A stretch of 64,000 nt of DNA from Rhodocyclaceae bacterium (GCA_041678045.1 JBAYOV010000009.1:3579-67578), one strand, 5' to 3'. Positions 10,129-20,527 are shown, numbered from the stretch's first letter. A program made the numbers and translations. Notes: generated by a model from the letters alone, not told the origin.

Positions 10129-10172
10129 GTTAAAATCCCCGCTCCCGTCTCTTACACACCACCCCCAGAGCC

Positions 10173-11282
10173 ATGATTGACGAAGCCATCGTTGCCACCT
10201 CCACCGTCGCCTGGATCACCTTTGCCCTCGGCGCCCTGTTTGGCTATGTCGGCAACAAGACCAGCTTCTGCACCATGGGCGCAGTGTCCGACATCGTGAA
10301 CATGGGCGACTGGACACGCATGCGCATGTGGGCACTGGCCGTGGCGGTGGCCATCTTCGGCACCACCGCCCTGCAGTTGACCGGCCTGTTCTCGGTGGCC
10401 GACACCATCTATACCAGCCCGAGGCTGATCTGGCTGTCCAACGTCCTCGGCGGCGCGCTGTTCGGCGTCGGCATGACGCTCGCCTCCGGCTGTGGCAGCA
10501 AAACCCTCATCCGTATCGGCGGCGGCAACCTCAAGTCGCTGGTGGTGTTCGTCTTTCTCGGCATTTCCGCCTACATGACCATGCGCGGCCTGTTCGGCGT
10601 GTGGCGAGTCAATTACATCGACACGGTGTCCACGACGCTGGAAACCGCACAGGACATCCCCTCCATCCTCGGTGGCCTGGGCATGGGTACGCACACGGCC
10701 CTGCTGCTATCCACCGTCCTCATCGGCGGCGGTCTGCTGGCCTTCGCCCTGGCTCGTCGCGATGCCTGGCAGACCGACGTCCTGCTCGGCGGCCTGGTCA
10801 TCGGCGGGCTGTCGGTGGCCGCGTGGTATCTCACCGGCGTGTTCGCCTTTGTCGAGGAGCACCCCAACACCCTGGAACGCGCCTTCATCGGCACCAACAG
10901 CGGCAGCGCAGAATCCTTCACCTTCGTCGCCCCGATCGCCTACACACTTGAACTGCTGATGCTGTGGAGCGACAGCAGCCGCATTGTCACCTTCGGCATC
11001 GCCGGCACCCTTGGCGTGATTGCCGGCTCGCTGCTCTACGCCCTGATCAGCCACAGCTTCCGCATCGAAGCCTTTGCCAGCGCAGGCGACCTGGGCCGCC
11101 ACCTGGTCGGTGCAATCCTGATGGGTTTTGGCGGGGTCACCGCCTTCGGCTGCACCATCGGCCAGGGTGTGAGCGGCTTTTCCACCCTCGCGATGGGCTC
11201 CATCCTCACCACCGCCGCAATCATCGCCGGCTCGGCAGTCACCCTCAAGATCCAATACTGGCTGATGATGCGCGAAGCCTGA
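10173..11282 (+). CDS. YeeE/YedE family sulfur-compound (thiosulfate-type) transporter
   Basis: 369-aa polytopic membrane protein with the three conserved Cys-containing loops TSFCTMGAV, ASGCGSKTL and AFGCTIGQG. Confidence 0.85.
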   Translation: MIDEAIVATSTVAWITFALGALFGYVGNKTSFCTMGAVSDIVNMGDWTRMRMWALAVAVAIFGTTALQLTGLFSVADTIYTSPRLIWLSNVLGGALFGVGMTLASGCGSKTLIRIGGGNLKSLVVFVFLGISAYMTMRGLFGVWRVNYIDTVSTTLETAQDIPSILGGLGMGTHTALLLSTVLIGGGLLAFALARRDAWQTDVLLGGLVIGGLSVAAWYLTGVFAFVEEHPNTLERAFIGTNSGSAESFTFVAPIAYTLELLMLWSDSSRIVTFGIAGTLGVIAGSLLYALISHSFRIEAFASAGDLGRHLVGAILMGFGGVTAFGCTIGQGVSGFSTLAMGSILTTAAIIAGSAVTLKIQYWLMMREA

Positions 11283-11301
11283 ACAAAAATACGCCCGAAA
11301 C

Positions 11302-11330
11302 TTGACGAACCCATCATCAGTCTCTAGAAT
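11302..11330 (+). promoter_or_regulatory. Putative sigma-70 promoter of the tRNA-Lys pair
   Basis: TTGACG (11302-11307), a 17-bp spacer, then TAGAAT (11325-11330), about 20 nt upstream of the first tRNA. Confidence 0.55.
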
Positions 11331-11349
11331 TCGAATCCTTCGTTTTCGG

Positions 11350-11425
11350 GGGTCGTTAGCTCAGTTGGTAGAGCAGCGGACTTTTAATCCGTTGGTCGCA
11401 GGTTCGAGCCCTGCACGGCCTACCA
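11350..11425 (+). tRNA. tRNA-Lys (anticodon UUU)
   Basis: 76-nt cloverleaf. Acceptor GGGTCGT/ACGGCCT, anticodon loop CTTTTAA, T-arm GCAGG-TTCGAGC-CCTGC, CCA encoded. Confidence 0.93.
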
Positions 11426-11431
11426 GAAATC

Positions 11432-11507
<76 letters not shown>

Positions 11508-11520
11508 GCAGAACACAGCA

Positions 11521-11551
11521 AAAAGGCCAGTCCAAAAGACTGGCCTTTTTG
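11521..11551 (+). terminator. Rho-independent terminator after the tRNA pair
   Basis: AAAAGGCCAGTC-caaaa-GACTGGCCTTTTT: a perfect stem followed by a T-run. The A-run on the left could also let it terminate the convergent HD-GYP gene. Confidence 0.8.
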
Positions 11552-11583
11552 CTTGCATGCCGACCATCCGGAAATTCACGCCT

Positions 11584-12810
11584 TCACCCCTCCTGCCACA
11601 ACGTTTCAAGCTGCCGGAAACCCCATTTTTCGGGTGGTTCAGTGCTGACGATATGATCCGCCGTCCCCGGACGGGCCAGATCCATAACTTCGGGTGCAAT
11701 GTGGGCGTTTGAGCGGGTGGAAAAAAACACTTTCACGGTCGGTTTCAGCAGCGAATCCCGGCCCTGCTCGATGACCACGCCCAGTCGCCCCGAAGCCAGC
11801 CTGACCAGGGAGCCCACGGGGTAGATGCCCACACAGCGCACAAATGCCTGAAACACCCGCTCGTCGAAATGCCCCTTGCACCATTCGGCCATGCGCCTGA
11901 TGGACTCTGCAGGGTCCCAGCCGCTCTTGTACGGCCGGTTGGAGGTAATGGCGTCATACACATCGCACACGGCGCCCATGCGCGCAAACAGGCTGATCTT
12001 CTCTGCCGGAAACCGGCCCGGATAACCGGTTCCATCCATCTTCTCGTGGTGACGCAGGCACACATCGAGCGCCACCTCACTGACCCCGCGCGATTTGGAA
12101 AGCATGCGGTGACCCCGTTCCGGATGCGATTTGATCACCTCGAACTCCGCATCGGTGAGCTTGCCCGGTTTGTTCAGTACGGCATCGGGAATTGCGGCCT
12201 TGCCCAAATCATGCAACAGCCCGGCCATGCCGGCCTCACGCACGGCATCTTCGCCCAGCCCCAGCTGGCGAGCGAGCGACATCATCAAGGCTCCAACCGC
12301 CACGGAGTGCAGATAAGTGTAATTGTCTCGGGTTTTCAGCCGGGCCAGGCTGATCAGGGCACTCTGATTGCGCTGCAGGGAGTCGGCAATACGCTCCACC
12401 AGCGGCGCCACATCGCCAGCCCGAATGGCGTTGCCCATGCGCGCTTCGGAAAACATCGACATCATCGCCTTGCGCGCGTTGTCGCACAGCAAACTGGCGC
12501 GAGCAAGCTCCTCGCGCATCAGGTAACGCCCTTCGGCGGGAGCCGCCGCCGCTTCGCTCAGCGTACGCTCGATTTCCGCCACCACCGCATCCTGCTCCAT
12601 CACCTGCAGGTCTGCTGGATTCTTCAGGTCACAACCCTTCGAGGTGTCGATCCACACTTCGTGAATGCCACATTCACGCAAGCGGGCAATGTCCTGTGGA
12701 TCGTTCAGCAGAAAGGTGGTTCGCCAGAAAGGATGCTCCATCCACGATCCGCAGATATCGCTGATGAACATGCCGGGGATGAGCAGATCGACAGGAATGC
12801 GTTTGAGCAT
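11584..12810 (-). CDS. HD-GYP domain c-di-GMP phosphodiesterase (DUF3391 N-terminal domain)
   Basis: HDLGKAAIP...HPERG...HHEKMDGTGYPG motifs. N-terminus is MLKRIPVDLLIPGMFISDICGSW. Start taken at the ATG 12 codons inside the ORF. Confidence 0.9.
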   Translation of the reverse strand: MLKRIPVDLLIPGMFISDICGSWMEHPFWRTTFLLNDPQDIARLRECGIHEVWIDTSKGCDLKNPADLQVMEQDAVVAEIERTLSEAAAAPAEGRYLMREELARASLLCDNARKAMMSMFSEARMGNAIRAGDVAPLVERIADSLQRNQSALISLARLKTRDNYTYLHSVAVGALMMSLARQLGLGEDAVREAGMAGLLHDLGKAAIPDAVLNKPGKLTDAEFEVIKSHPERGHRMLSKSRGVSEVALDVCLRHHEKMDGTGYPGRFPAEKISLFARMGAVCDVYDAITSNRPYKSGWDPAESIRRMAEWCKGHFDERVFQAFVRCVGIYPVGSLVRLASGRLGVVIEQGRDSLLKPTVKVFFSTRSNAHIAPEVMDLARPGTADHIVSTEPPEKWGFRQLETLWQEG

Positions 12811-12898
12811 GGGCAATGCACAAGGCGAAAGTGACAGGGCGTCCACTCATGGCAAACGCCCTACCGGAAAGGTCAGTAATAGACTGGCGCAGTCCGAC

Positions 12899-14263
12899 TC
12901 AGGCCGGCACGCTCGGCAACCCGGACAAGGCCATGGCCAGCTCGGCCTCGTCGTAGTCCAGATCGACCAGTTTACCTGCAAAGTAGTCGGTATAGGCCGC
13001 CATGTCGAAGTGCCCGTGGCCGGACAGATTGAACAGGATCACCTCCGACTTGCCTTCCCGCTTGCAGCGCAGCGCCTCGTCGATGGCCCCCCGCACCGCA
13101 TGGTTGGCTTCCGGTGCAGGTACGATACCCTCGGCGCGGGCAAACATGACACCCGCCTCGAAACACTGGGTCTGGTGATAGGAAACGGCCTCCATCAGGC
13201 CAAGCTCCATGACGTGCGACACCATCGGGGCCATGCCGTGATAGCGCAGCCCGCCGGCATGAAAACCCGGTGGCGTGAAGCTCGATCCCAGCGTGTGCAT
13301 CTTGGCAAGCGGCGTGAGCTTGGCCAGGTCACCGAAGTCGTAGGCGTACTTGCCGCGCGTGAGCGTGGGGCAGGCCGAAGGCTCGACCGCCACGATGCGA
13401 CGCTTGCGCCCGCCGCGCAGGCGCTCGCCGATGAACGGGAAGGCAATCCCGGCAAAGTTGGAGCCGCCCCCTGCGCAGCCGATGATCACATCCGGATCGT
13501 CGCCCGCCATCTCCATCTGCTTCATCGCCTCCACACCAATGATGCTCTGGTGCAGCAGGACATGGTTGAGCACGGAGCCCAGCGCGTACTTGGTGTCATC
13601 GCGTTGCGCGGCCAGTTCCACCGCTTCGGAAATCGCAATGCCCAGACTGCCGGGGTGGTCGGGCGTCTTCGCCAGGATGGCGCGACCACATTCGGTCAGC
13701 TGCGACGGCGAGGCCACGCACTGCGCACCGTAGGTTTCCATCACCGCCCGGCGATAGGGCTTCTGGTTGTAGGACACGCGCACCTGGAACACCTGCACCT
13801 CGATGCCGAACAGTGCGCCGGCAAAGGACAGGGACGTTCCCCACTGCCCGGCACCGGTTTCGGTGGTGAGCTTGCGGATGCCGGCTTCCCGGTTGTAGAA
13901 GGCCTGGGCAATGGCCGTGTTGGGCTTGTGGCTACCGGCCGGGCTGACGCCTTCGTACTTGTAGTAGATCTTCGCCGGGGTATCGAGCATCTTCTCCAGC
14001 CGGCGAGCCCGGAACAGCGGCGCCGGACGCCACTGGCGGTACACCTCGCGCACGGGCTCGGGAATCTCGATATGACGCTCGGTGCTGACCTCCTGCATGA
14101 TCAGGCTGTCAGGAAACAGGGGTGCCAGGTCGGCCGGGCCGACCGGTTGCAGGGTGCCCGGATGCAGCACCGCCGGCAGCGGCACCGGCAGGTCCGCAGC
14201 CAGGTTGTACCAGTCCCTGGGCATGTCCTTCTCGTCGAGCAGGTATTTGATCTGATCGCTCAT
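12899..14263 (-). CDS. TrpB-like PLP-dependent enzyme (tryptophan synthase beta, TrpB2 type)
   Basis: [23 protein letters not shown] (PLP lysine) and [18 protein letters not shown]. Start is at [20 protein letters not shown] with a GGAGGGAGGAAG RBS. No trpA is adjacent. Confidence 0.9.
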   Translation of the reverse strand: MSDQIKYLLDEKDMPRDWYNLAADLPVPLPAVLHPGTLQPVGPADLAPLFPDSLIMQEVSTERHIEIPEPVREVYRQWRPAPLFRARRLEKMLDTPAKIYYKYEGVSPAGSHKPNTAIAQAFYNREAGIRKLTTETGAGQWGTSLSFAGALFGIEVQVFQVRVSYNQKPYRRAVMETYGAQCVASPSQLTECGRAILAKTPDHPGSLGIAISEAVELAAQRDDTKYALGSVLNHVLLHQSIIGVEAMKQMEMAGDDPDVIIGCAGGGSNFAGIAFPFIGERLRGGRKRRIVAVEPSACPTLTRGKYAYDFGDLAKLTPLAKMHTLGSSFTPPGFHAGGLRYHGMAPMVSHVMELGLMEAVSYHQTQCFEAGVMFARAEGIVPAPEANHAVRGAIDEALRCKREGKSEVILFNLSGHGHFDMAAYTDYFAGKLVDLDYDEAELAMALSGLPSVPA

Positions 14264-14430
14264 AAGCCTTTTCTTCCTCCCTCCGGTATGCAGGCAAACC
14301 GCTGTCTCGCGGCGGCATGAGGGTAGCAGATCAGGCCCACAAAACACATGCCCCCGGGCGCAAAGGCGCGGCGCCAGCCCCAGCCTGAGGTAAGCTTGCC
14401 CCCCACCCTTGAAGAACCGCTCATCAACTC

Positions 14431-15390
14431 ATGACCTCGGAATTCGAGCTGATCCAACGCTATTTCAAACGCCGCACCCTGCACACCGACCTGGACGGAG
14501 GAGACGATGCGGCGCTGATTTCGCTGTGGCCCGGCAGCCAACTGGTGGTGTCGACCGACATGCTGGTGGAGGGCACCCATTTCCTGCCTGGCACCGACGC
14601 CCGCGATCTGGGCTGGAAAACGCTTGCGGTGAATGTGTCGGACCTCGCCGCCATGGCCGCCGAACCCCGCTGGGCCCTGCTCGCAATGGCACTGCCGGAG
14701 GCTGACGAGGACTGGCTGGAAGCGTTTTCCGAAGGCGTGTACGAATGCGCCGCCGCGTTCGGCGTGGACCTGGCAGGCGGCGACACCACACGCGGCCCGC
14801 GCACCCTGTGCGTGACCATCATGGGCGAAGTCCCGCATGGCCGGGCGGTGACCCGCGCCGGCGCGCGCCCGGGCGACGAGGTATGGATCAGCGGTCAACC
14901 CGGCCGCGCCGCCCTGGGGCTGGCCCACCTGCGCGGCACGCTGCGCCTGCCCGACACGCTGCGCGATGCGTGCATTGCCGCCCAGCAGCGCCCACAACCC
15001 AGGGTCGCGCTGGGGCTGGCGCTGCGCGATGTGGCCACGGCGATGCTGGATGTCTCGGACGGTTTGCTGGGCGACCTGGCCCACCTGCTCGACCAGTCGG
15101 GCGTGGGCGCCTGCATTGTCGAAAACGCGCTTCCGGTGCAACATCTGGCCAATGGCGGGGTCGACCCAGCCACCCTCCGCCAGGCCGTACTGGCGGGCGG
15201 AGACGACTACGAACTGCTGTTTACCGCCCCCCGCGAAGCGCGTGAGCAGATCGCCAGCCTGTCCGACCGGCTGGCCCTCCCCCTGCACTGCATCGGCCAC
15301 ATCCTGCCCGCAGGCAGCGGGCTGCAGCTACAGACGACAGACGGTCGGCCGGTGCCGACCGCGTGCGCCGGTTATGACCATTTTCGCTAG
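14431..15390 (+). CDS. thiL: Thiamine-monophosphate kinase ThiL
   Basis: MTSEFELIQRYF..., DMLVEGTHF and VNVSDLAAMAAEP motifs of the AIR-synthase-like ThiL family. Confidence 0.93.
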   Translation: MTSEFELIQRYFKRRTLHTDLDGGDDAALISLWPGSQLVVSTDMLVEGTHFLPGTDARDLGWKTLAVNVSDLAAMAAEPRWALLAMALPEADEDWLEAFSEGVYECAAAFGVDLAGGDTTRGPRTLCVTIMGEVPHGRAVTRAGARPGDEVWISGQPGRAALGLAHLRGTLRLPDTLRDACIAAQQRPQPRVALGLALRDVATAMLDVSDGLLGDLAHLLDQSGVGACIVENALPVQHLANGGVDPATLRQAVLAGGDDYELLFTAPREAREQIASLSDRLALPLHCIGHILPAGSGLQLQTTDGRPVPTACAGYDHFR

Positions 15391-15396
15391 GACACC

Positions 15397-15885
15397 ATGC
15401 GCCCGACCCTGACCTTCATGCTCAGCCACCCGGCCCACTTCATCGCCCTCGGCTTTGGCGCCGGTCTGTCGCCGCGTGCGCCGGGCACCGCCGGCACCCT
15501 GCTCGCCTGGCTACTGTATCCGCTGATCAAGACGCCCCTCTCCGACGTGGTCTTCCTGTGCCTGCTCGCCTCGCTGTTCGTCGCGGGCGTGATTGCCGCC
15601 GAGCGTACCGGGCGGGCGCTGGGCGAATCGGACCATGGCGCCATCGTGTGGGACGAAATGGTCGCCATGTGGCTGGTGCTGCTGTTCGCCCCCGCCACCT
15701 TCACCTGGCAGCTCATTGCAGTCGTACTGTTCCGCTTTTTCGACATCGTCAAACCCCAACCCATCCGCTGGGCTGACAGCCGGATCAAGGGCGGCTTCGG
15801 CGTGATGCTCGACGACATCATCGCCGCCGGTTATGCCATTTTCTGCATCGCGGTGCTGGTGCACTTCTTCGGAGCCACGCCATGA
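15397..15885 (+). CDS. pgpA: Phosphatidylglycerophosphatase A
   Basis: 162-aa PgpA family protein (HPAHFIALGFGAGLSPRAPGTAGTL..., DHGAIVWDE, FRFFDIVKP). Confidence 0.92.
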   Translation: MRPTLTFMLSHPAHFIALGFGAGLSPRAPGTAGTLLAWLLYPLIKTPLSDVVFLCLLASLFVAGVIAAERTGRALGESDHGAIVWDEMVAMWLVLLFAPATFTWQLIAVVLFRFFDIVKPQPIRWADSRIKGGFGVMLDDIIAAGYAIFCIAVLVHFFGATP

Positions 15886-16415
15886 CCCCGCAGGACTGGG
15901 CACGCCTGGACGCACTGTCCCGCAGCACCGGCCAATGGCTGGAACAGCACGCAGCGGTACTGTGCACCGCCGAATCATGCACCGGCGGCTGGATCGCACA
16001 AACCGTCACCGCCACGGCAGGCAGCTCCGCGTGGTTCGACCGGGCCTTCGTCACGTACTCCAACCAGGCCAAACAGGACATGCTCGGCGTGCGCGCCGAC
16101 ACCCTGCTCGCACACGGTGCGGTGAGCGAGGCCACCGTGCGCGAAATGGCCGAAGGAGCCCTGGCGCGCAGCCAGGCCAGCCATGCGCTGGCCGTGTCGG
16201 GCATCGCCGGTCCGGGCGGCGCCACCCCCGGCAAGCCGGTCGGCACCGTCTGCCTGGCCTGGGCGGTGCGTCACGGCCCCACCCTTGCGGAAACCTGCCA
16301 CTTCTCAGGCGACCGCGAAACCGTGCGGCTGCAGGCCGTCTTGCGCGCGCTGGAGAGACTCCCCCAGCTACCGCGATTGCCCGACAGCGAAACCGATCAC
16401 ACCCACGGCAGGTGA
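15882..16415 (+). CDS. CinA-family nicotinamide-nucleotide amidohydrolase (PncC-type domain)
   Basis: LCTAESCTGGWIAQTVTATAGSSAWFDRAFVTYSNQAKQDMLGV matches the CinA C-terminal domain. It lies upstream of recA, as in many bacteria. Confidence 0.88.
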   Translation: MTPQDWARLDALSRSTGQWLEQHAAVLCTAESCTGGWIAQTVTATAGSSAWFDRAFVTYSNQAKQDMLGVRADTLLAHGAVSEATVREMAEGALARSQASHALAVSGIAGPGGATPGKPVGTVCLAWAVRHGPTLAETCHFSGDRETVRLQAVLRALERLPQLPRLPDSETDHTHGR

Positions 16416-16469
16416 CTGCATAACTGCAAGCTCTGTGCCATAATCCGCCAATCTGACTGAGGAGTTTTC

Positions 16470-17516
16470 ATGGACGACAACAAGGCCAAGGCCCTGCAGG
16501 CTGCGCTTTCTCAAATCGAGAAACAGTTCGGCAAGGGTTCGATCATGCGCATGGGCGACGGCAACGTCGAGATGGACATCCAGACGGTGTCGACCGGTTC
16601 GCTGGGGCTGGACATCGCGCTCGGCCTTGGCGGCCTGCCGCGCGGCCGGGTGATCGAAATCTACGGTCCGGAATCTTCCGGCAAGACCACCCTCACCCTG
16701 CAGGCCATCGCCGAGATGCAAAAGCTCGGTGGCACCGCTGCGTTCATCGATGCAGAACACGCGCTCGATGTCGGCTATGCCGAAAAGCTGGGCGTGAACA
16801 TCCAGGACCTGCTCATCTCGCAGCCCGACACCGGCGAACAGGCGCTGGAAATCGCCGACATGCTGGTGCGCTCCGGCGGTGTGGACATCGTGGTGATCGA
16901 CTCGGTCGCCGCGCTCACACCGAAAGCCGAAATCGAGGGCGAAATGGGCGATCAACTGCCCGGCCTGCAGGCCCGCCTGATGAGTCAGGCGCTCAGGAAG
17001 CTCACCGCCAACATCAAGCGCACCAACACCATGGTGATCTTCATCAACCAGATCCGCATGAAGATTGGCGTGATGTTCGGCAGCCCCGAAACCACCACCG
17101 GCGGCAATGCGCTGAAGTTCTACTCCTCGGTGCGCATGGACATCCGCCGCACCGGCGCGATCAAGAAGGGAGACGAAGTGATCGGCTCCGAAACCCGCTG
17201 CAAGGTGGTGAAAAACAAGGTCGCCCCGCCCTTCCGCGAAGCGCATTTCGACATCCTGTACGGCGAGGGCATCTCGCGCGAAGGCGAGATCATCGACCTG
17301 GGCGTGCAGCACAAGATCGTCGACAAGTCCGGCTCGTGGTATGCCTACAACGGCGACAAGATCGGTCAGGGCAAGGACAATGTGCGCGAATTCCTGCGCA
17401 ACAACCCCAACCTGGCCAGAGAGATCGAGAACCGGGTCCGCGTGGCGGTCGGCCTGCCCGAACTGCCAGCCACCGGCCTGAGCGCCGCCGCCTCGGCCGA
17501 CGACGCTGCGGCCTGA
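16470..17516 (+). CDS. recA: Recombinase RecA
   Basis: Unmistakable RecA sequence ([52 protein letters not shown]). Confidence 0.99.
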   Translation: MDDNKAKALQAALSQIEKQFGKGSIMRMGDGNVEMDIQTVSTGSLGLDIALGLGGLPRGRVIEIYGPESSGKTTLTLQAIAEMQKLGGTAAFIDAEHALDVGYAEKLGVNIQDLLISQPDTGEQALEIADMLVRSGGVDIVVIDSVAALTPKAEIEGEMGDQLPGLQARLMSQALRKLTANIKRTNTMVIFINQIRMKIGVMFGSPETTTGGNALKFYSSVRMDIRRTGAIKKGDEVIGSETRCKVVKNKVAPPFREAHFDILYGEGISREGEIIDLGVQHKIVDKSGSWYAYNGDKIGQGKDNVREFLRNNPNLAREIENRVRVAVGLPELPATGLSAAASADDAAA

Positions 17517-17527
17517 GCGGAAGCAGC

Positions 17528-17983
17528 ATGGCGGAGGCCGACCGTTCATTGCGTGAACGCGCCATCCGCCTGCTGGCCCAGCGGGATCATGCACGCGCCG
17601 AACTCGCGCGCAAACTTGCCCCGCACGGCAGCGCCGAAGACATCGAGGCCACCCTGGAGCGCATGGTCGAACTCGGCCTGCAGTCCGATCAGCGCTTCGC
17701 CGAAGCCTGGGTGCGCAGCAAGGCCCGGCGCCACGGCAGCGCCCGCCTGCGCCACGATCTAGCCCAGCGGGGCGTGGCCCGGGAGCTGATCGAGGCCGCC
17801 TTGGCCCATGCCTGCGAGGACGACGAAATCGAACGCGCGCGCAACGTGTGGGCCAGCCGCTTCGGCCAGGCCCCGGCCGACCGCAGGGAATGGGGCAAAC
17901 AGGCGCGCTTCCTGCAGGGGCGCGGATTTTCCACCAGCGTGATTGCGAGACTGCTGAAAGAGGTTCCGGATGAGTCTGCTTAA
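17528..17983 (+). CDS. recX: RecA regulator RecX
   Basis: 151 aa starting [30 protein letters not shown], with a three-fold helical-repeat RecX pattern. It lies immediately after recA. Confidence 0.9.
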   Translation: MAEADRSLRERAIRLLAQRDHARAELARKLAPHGSAEDIEATLERMVELGLQSDQRFAEAWVRSKARRHGSARLRHDLAQRGVARELIEAALAHACEDDEIERARNVWASRFGQAPADRREWGKQARFLQGRGFSTSVIARLLKEVPDESA

Positions 17984-18692
17984 AATCGCAGGCCTTCGCA
18001 AAAGCTACAAGGCACGCACCGTCGTTCACGATGTCGGCTTCGAAGTCGGCAGTGGCGAAGTGGTGGGTTTGCTCGGCCCCAATGGCGCGGGCAAGACCAC
18101 CTGTTTCTACATGATCGTGGGGCTGGTGCGCGCCGACGACGGTGAAATCACGCTCGATGACGCCCGCCTGACGCATCTGCCCATCCACCAGCGTGCGCAG
18201 CTCGGGCTGTCCTACCTGCCGCAGGAAATGAGCGTGTTCCGTCGCCTCACGGTGGCCGACAACATCCGTGCAGTCCTCGAACTGCAGGGGCATGCGCGCA
18301 AGGAGGTCGACCGACAGCTCGAACAACTGCTGGACGAACTGGGCATCGCCCATCTGCGCGACAGCACCTCGATCTCACTGTCGGGGGGCGAACGGCGCCG
18401 CTGCGAGATTGCCCGCGCGCTGGCCACCAGCCCGCGCCTGATCCTGCTCGACGAACCTTTTGCGGGGGTCGATCCGATTGCCGTGATCGACATCCAGAAA
18501 ATCATTCGCTTCCTGAAGGAGCGCCAGATTGGCGTGCTGATCACCGACCACAACGTGCGCGAGACGCTGGGCATCTGCGACCGCGCCTACATCATCAGCG
18601 AGGGGCGCGTGCTGGCCAGCGGCCACCCGGAAGACATCGTCAGCAATGCTCAGGTCCGCCAGGTCTATCTCGGCGAGCACTTCCGTCTCTGA
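17970..18692 (+). CDS. lptB: LPS export ABC transporter ATP-binding protein LptB
   Basis: [12 protein letters not shown] Walker [16 protein letters not shown] signature, and position directly upstream of rpoN. Overlaps the recX 3' end by 14 nt. Confidence 0.94.
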   Translation: MSLLKIAGLRKSYKARTVVHDVGFEVGSGEVVGLLGPNGAGKTTCFYMIVGLVRADDGEITLDDARLTHLPIHQRAQLGLSYLPQEMSVFRRLTVADNIRAVLELQGHARKEVDRQLEQLLDELGIAHLRDSTSISLSGGERRRCEIARALATSPRLILLDEPFAGVDPIAVIDIQKIIRFLKERQIGVLITDHNVRETLGICDRAYIISEGRVLASGHPEDIVSNAQVRQVYLGEHFRL

Positions 18693-18713
18693 CCCGGAAA
18701 GCAACGAAATATC

Positions 18714-20168
18714 ATGAAACCGACACTTCAGCTCAAGCTCTCGCAGCACCTGACACTGACGCCACAGTTGCAGCAGTCGATCAAGCTGCTGCAGCTGTCC
18801 ACGCTTGAACTGAATCAGGAAATCGAGCGCTTCCTGCTGGAGAACCCGATGCTGGAGCGCGACGATGGCGGCAGCGATGGCGATTACCGTCCTCCCCCGC
18901 CCGACCAGTCCCCCACCTCCACGGCGCAGGAAGCCCGTCAGGAAGAATCCGCACCGGCCAGTAACGAGCGCGAGGATGCGCCGGACACCACCAGCTTCGA
19001 AGACACCGGTGACTGGGGCAACACCGGCAGCAGCACGTCCGGCAAATCGCGCGACGACGAGGATGTCGACTTTCAGGAATTCCAGGCCGCCGAGGTCAGC
19101 CTGCGCGACCATCTGAACCAGCAGGTAAGCCTCGCCCCGCTGTCCGACCGCGACCGCGCACTGGTGCGCTTCCTCATCGAGGCGCTCGACGACGACGGCT
19201 ACCTGCACCAGTCTCTGGAAGACCTGTACCCCCTGCTGCCGGAAGAGGCGGAATACGACCTCGAAGACCTCTGCATCGCCCTGCACCATGTGCAAAGCCT
19301 GGAGCCTGCCGGCATCGGTGCGCGCAGCCCGCAAGAATGCCTGGCCCTGCAGCTGCGCACCCTGCCCGACAGCCCGACCCGCAAGCTCGCACTGACGATT
19401 GTCGAGCAGCACCTGGAGCTGCTCGCCGAACGCAACTTCGTCCGCCTCAAGCGGGTGCTGGGCTGCAATGACGAAGGACTGCGCGAGGCCCATGCGCTGA
19501 TCTGCAGCCTTGACCCGCACCCCGGCTCGCAATATTCCGCCTCCGAGACCCGCTATGTGGTCCCCGATGTGGTGGTGCGCAAGCTGCGTGGCCGCTGGAC
19601 TGCCAGCCTCAACTCCGACGCCATGCCCCGCCTGCGGGTCAACGCCCTGTACGCCAGCATCCTGCAGCAGAACCGGGGCTCGGGTGGCGCCCTCACCAGC
19701 CAGCTGCAGGAAGCCCGCTGGCTGATCAAGAACGTGCAGCAGCGCTTTGAAACCATACTACGGGTTTCACAGGCGATTGTTGACCAACAGCGCCAGTTCT
19801 TCGATTATGGTGACGTGGCGATGCGACCCCTGACCTTGCGCGAGATCGCCGAGCAGCTTGAGCTGCACGAATCGACAATATCGCGGGTCACCACCCAGAA
19901 GTTCATGGCAACCCCCCGTGGCGTATACGAACTCAAGTATTTTTTCGGCAGTCATGTGTCCACCGACACGGGAGGGGCTGCCTCATCGACCGCAATCCGG
20001 GCCCTCATCCGCCAGCTGGTCGATGCCGAAGACCGGAAAAAACCCTTATCGGACGCAAAAATCGCCGACCTACTCGGCCAGCAGGGTATCGTGGTCGCAC
20101 GGCGAACCATTGCCAAATACCGCGAATCACTGAATATCCCGCCGGTCAGCCAACGCAAGACGATCTAA
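18714..20168 (+). CDS. rpoN: RNA polymerase sigma-54 factor RpoN
   Basis: MKPTLQLKLSQHLTLTPQLQQSIKLLQLSTLEL region I, an acidic region II, and the C-terminal RpoN box ARRTIAKYR. Confidence 0.98.
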   Translation: MKPTLQLKLSQHLTLTPQLQQSIKLLQLSTLELNQEIERFLLENPMLERDDGGSDGDYRPPPPDQSPTSTAQEARQEESAPASNEREDAPDTTSFEDTGDWGNTGSSTSGKSRDDEDVDFQEFQAAEVSLRDHLNQQVSLAPLSDRDRALVRFLIEALDDDGYLHQSLEDLYPLLPEEAEYDLEDLCIALHHVQSLEPAGIGARSPQECLALQLRTLPDSPTRKLALTIVEQHLELLAERNFVRLKRVLGCNDEGLREAHALICSLDPHPGSQYSASETRYVVPDVVVRKLRGRWTASLNSDAMPRLRVNALYASILQQNRGSGGALTSQLQEARWLIKNVQQRFETILRVSQAIVDQQRQFFDYGDVAMRPLTLREIAEQLELHESTISRVTTQKFMATPRGVYELKYFFGSHVSTDTGGAASSTAIRALIRQLVDAEDRKKPLSDAKIADLLGQQGIVVARRTIAKYRESLNIPPVSQRKTI

Positions 20169-20183
20169 TCACAAGGAGTCATC

Positions 20184-20510
20184 ATGAATCTCAAAATCAC
20201 CGGCCATCACATCGAAGTCACCGACGCAATCCGCGAATACGTGAACAGCAAGCTTGATCGCGTCATCCGTCACTTCGACAACGTGACCAGCGTCAATGTG
20301 ATCCTGTCGGTCGAAAAGCTCAAGCAGAAGGCCGAAGTCACCCTGCACGTGCGTGGCAAGGACATCTTCGTCGAGAGCGACGACGCCGACATGTACGCCG
20401 CCATCGACAGCATGATCGACAAGCTGGATCGTCAGGTCATCAAGTACAAGCAGAAGAATCAGGACCACGGTCACGAAGCACTGAAGCATCAGGAAACCGA
20501 GTCCGAGTGA
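20184..20510 (+). CDS. hpf: Ribosome hibernation promoting factor (short HPF/YhbH)
   Basis: 108 aa starting MNLKITGHHIEVTDAIREYVNSKL, in the conserved position after rpoN. Confidence 0.95.
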   Translation: MNLKITGHHIEVTDAIREYVNSKLDRVIRHFDNVTSVNVILSVEKLKQKAEVTLHVRGKDIFVESDDADMYAAIDSMIDKLDRQVIKYKQKNQDHGHEALKHQETESE

Positions 20511-20527
20511 GTTCCGGTCAGGCCTGA

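Noticed and set aside
16416-16469. Searched for a LexA/SOS box (CTGT-N8-ACAG) upstream of recA
   Set aside because: Only partial look-alikes (ACTGCATAACTGCAAG) are present in the 54-nt spacer and none fits the consensus. Any SOS box would have to lie inside cinA, and I could not support one.
16368-18353. 661-aa minus-strand ORF across recA-recX-lptB
   Set aside because: It is antisense to three unmistakable genes. Its composition is Arg/Gly/Ala/Pro-rich junk with no RBS or motifs, which marks it as a GC-bias artefact.
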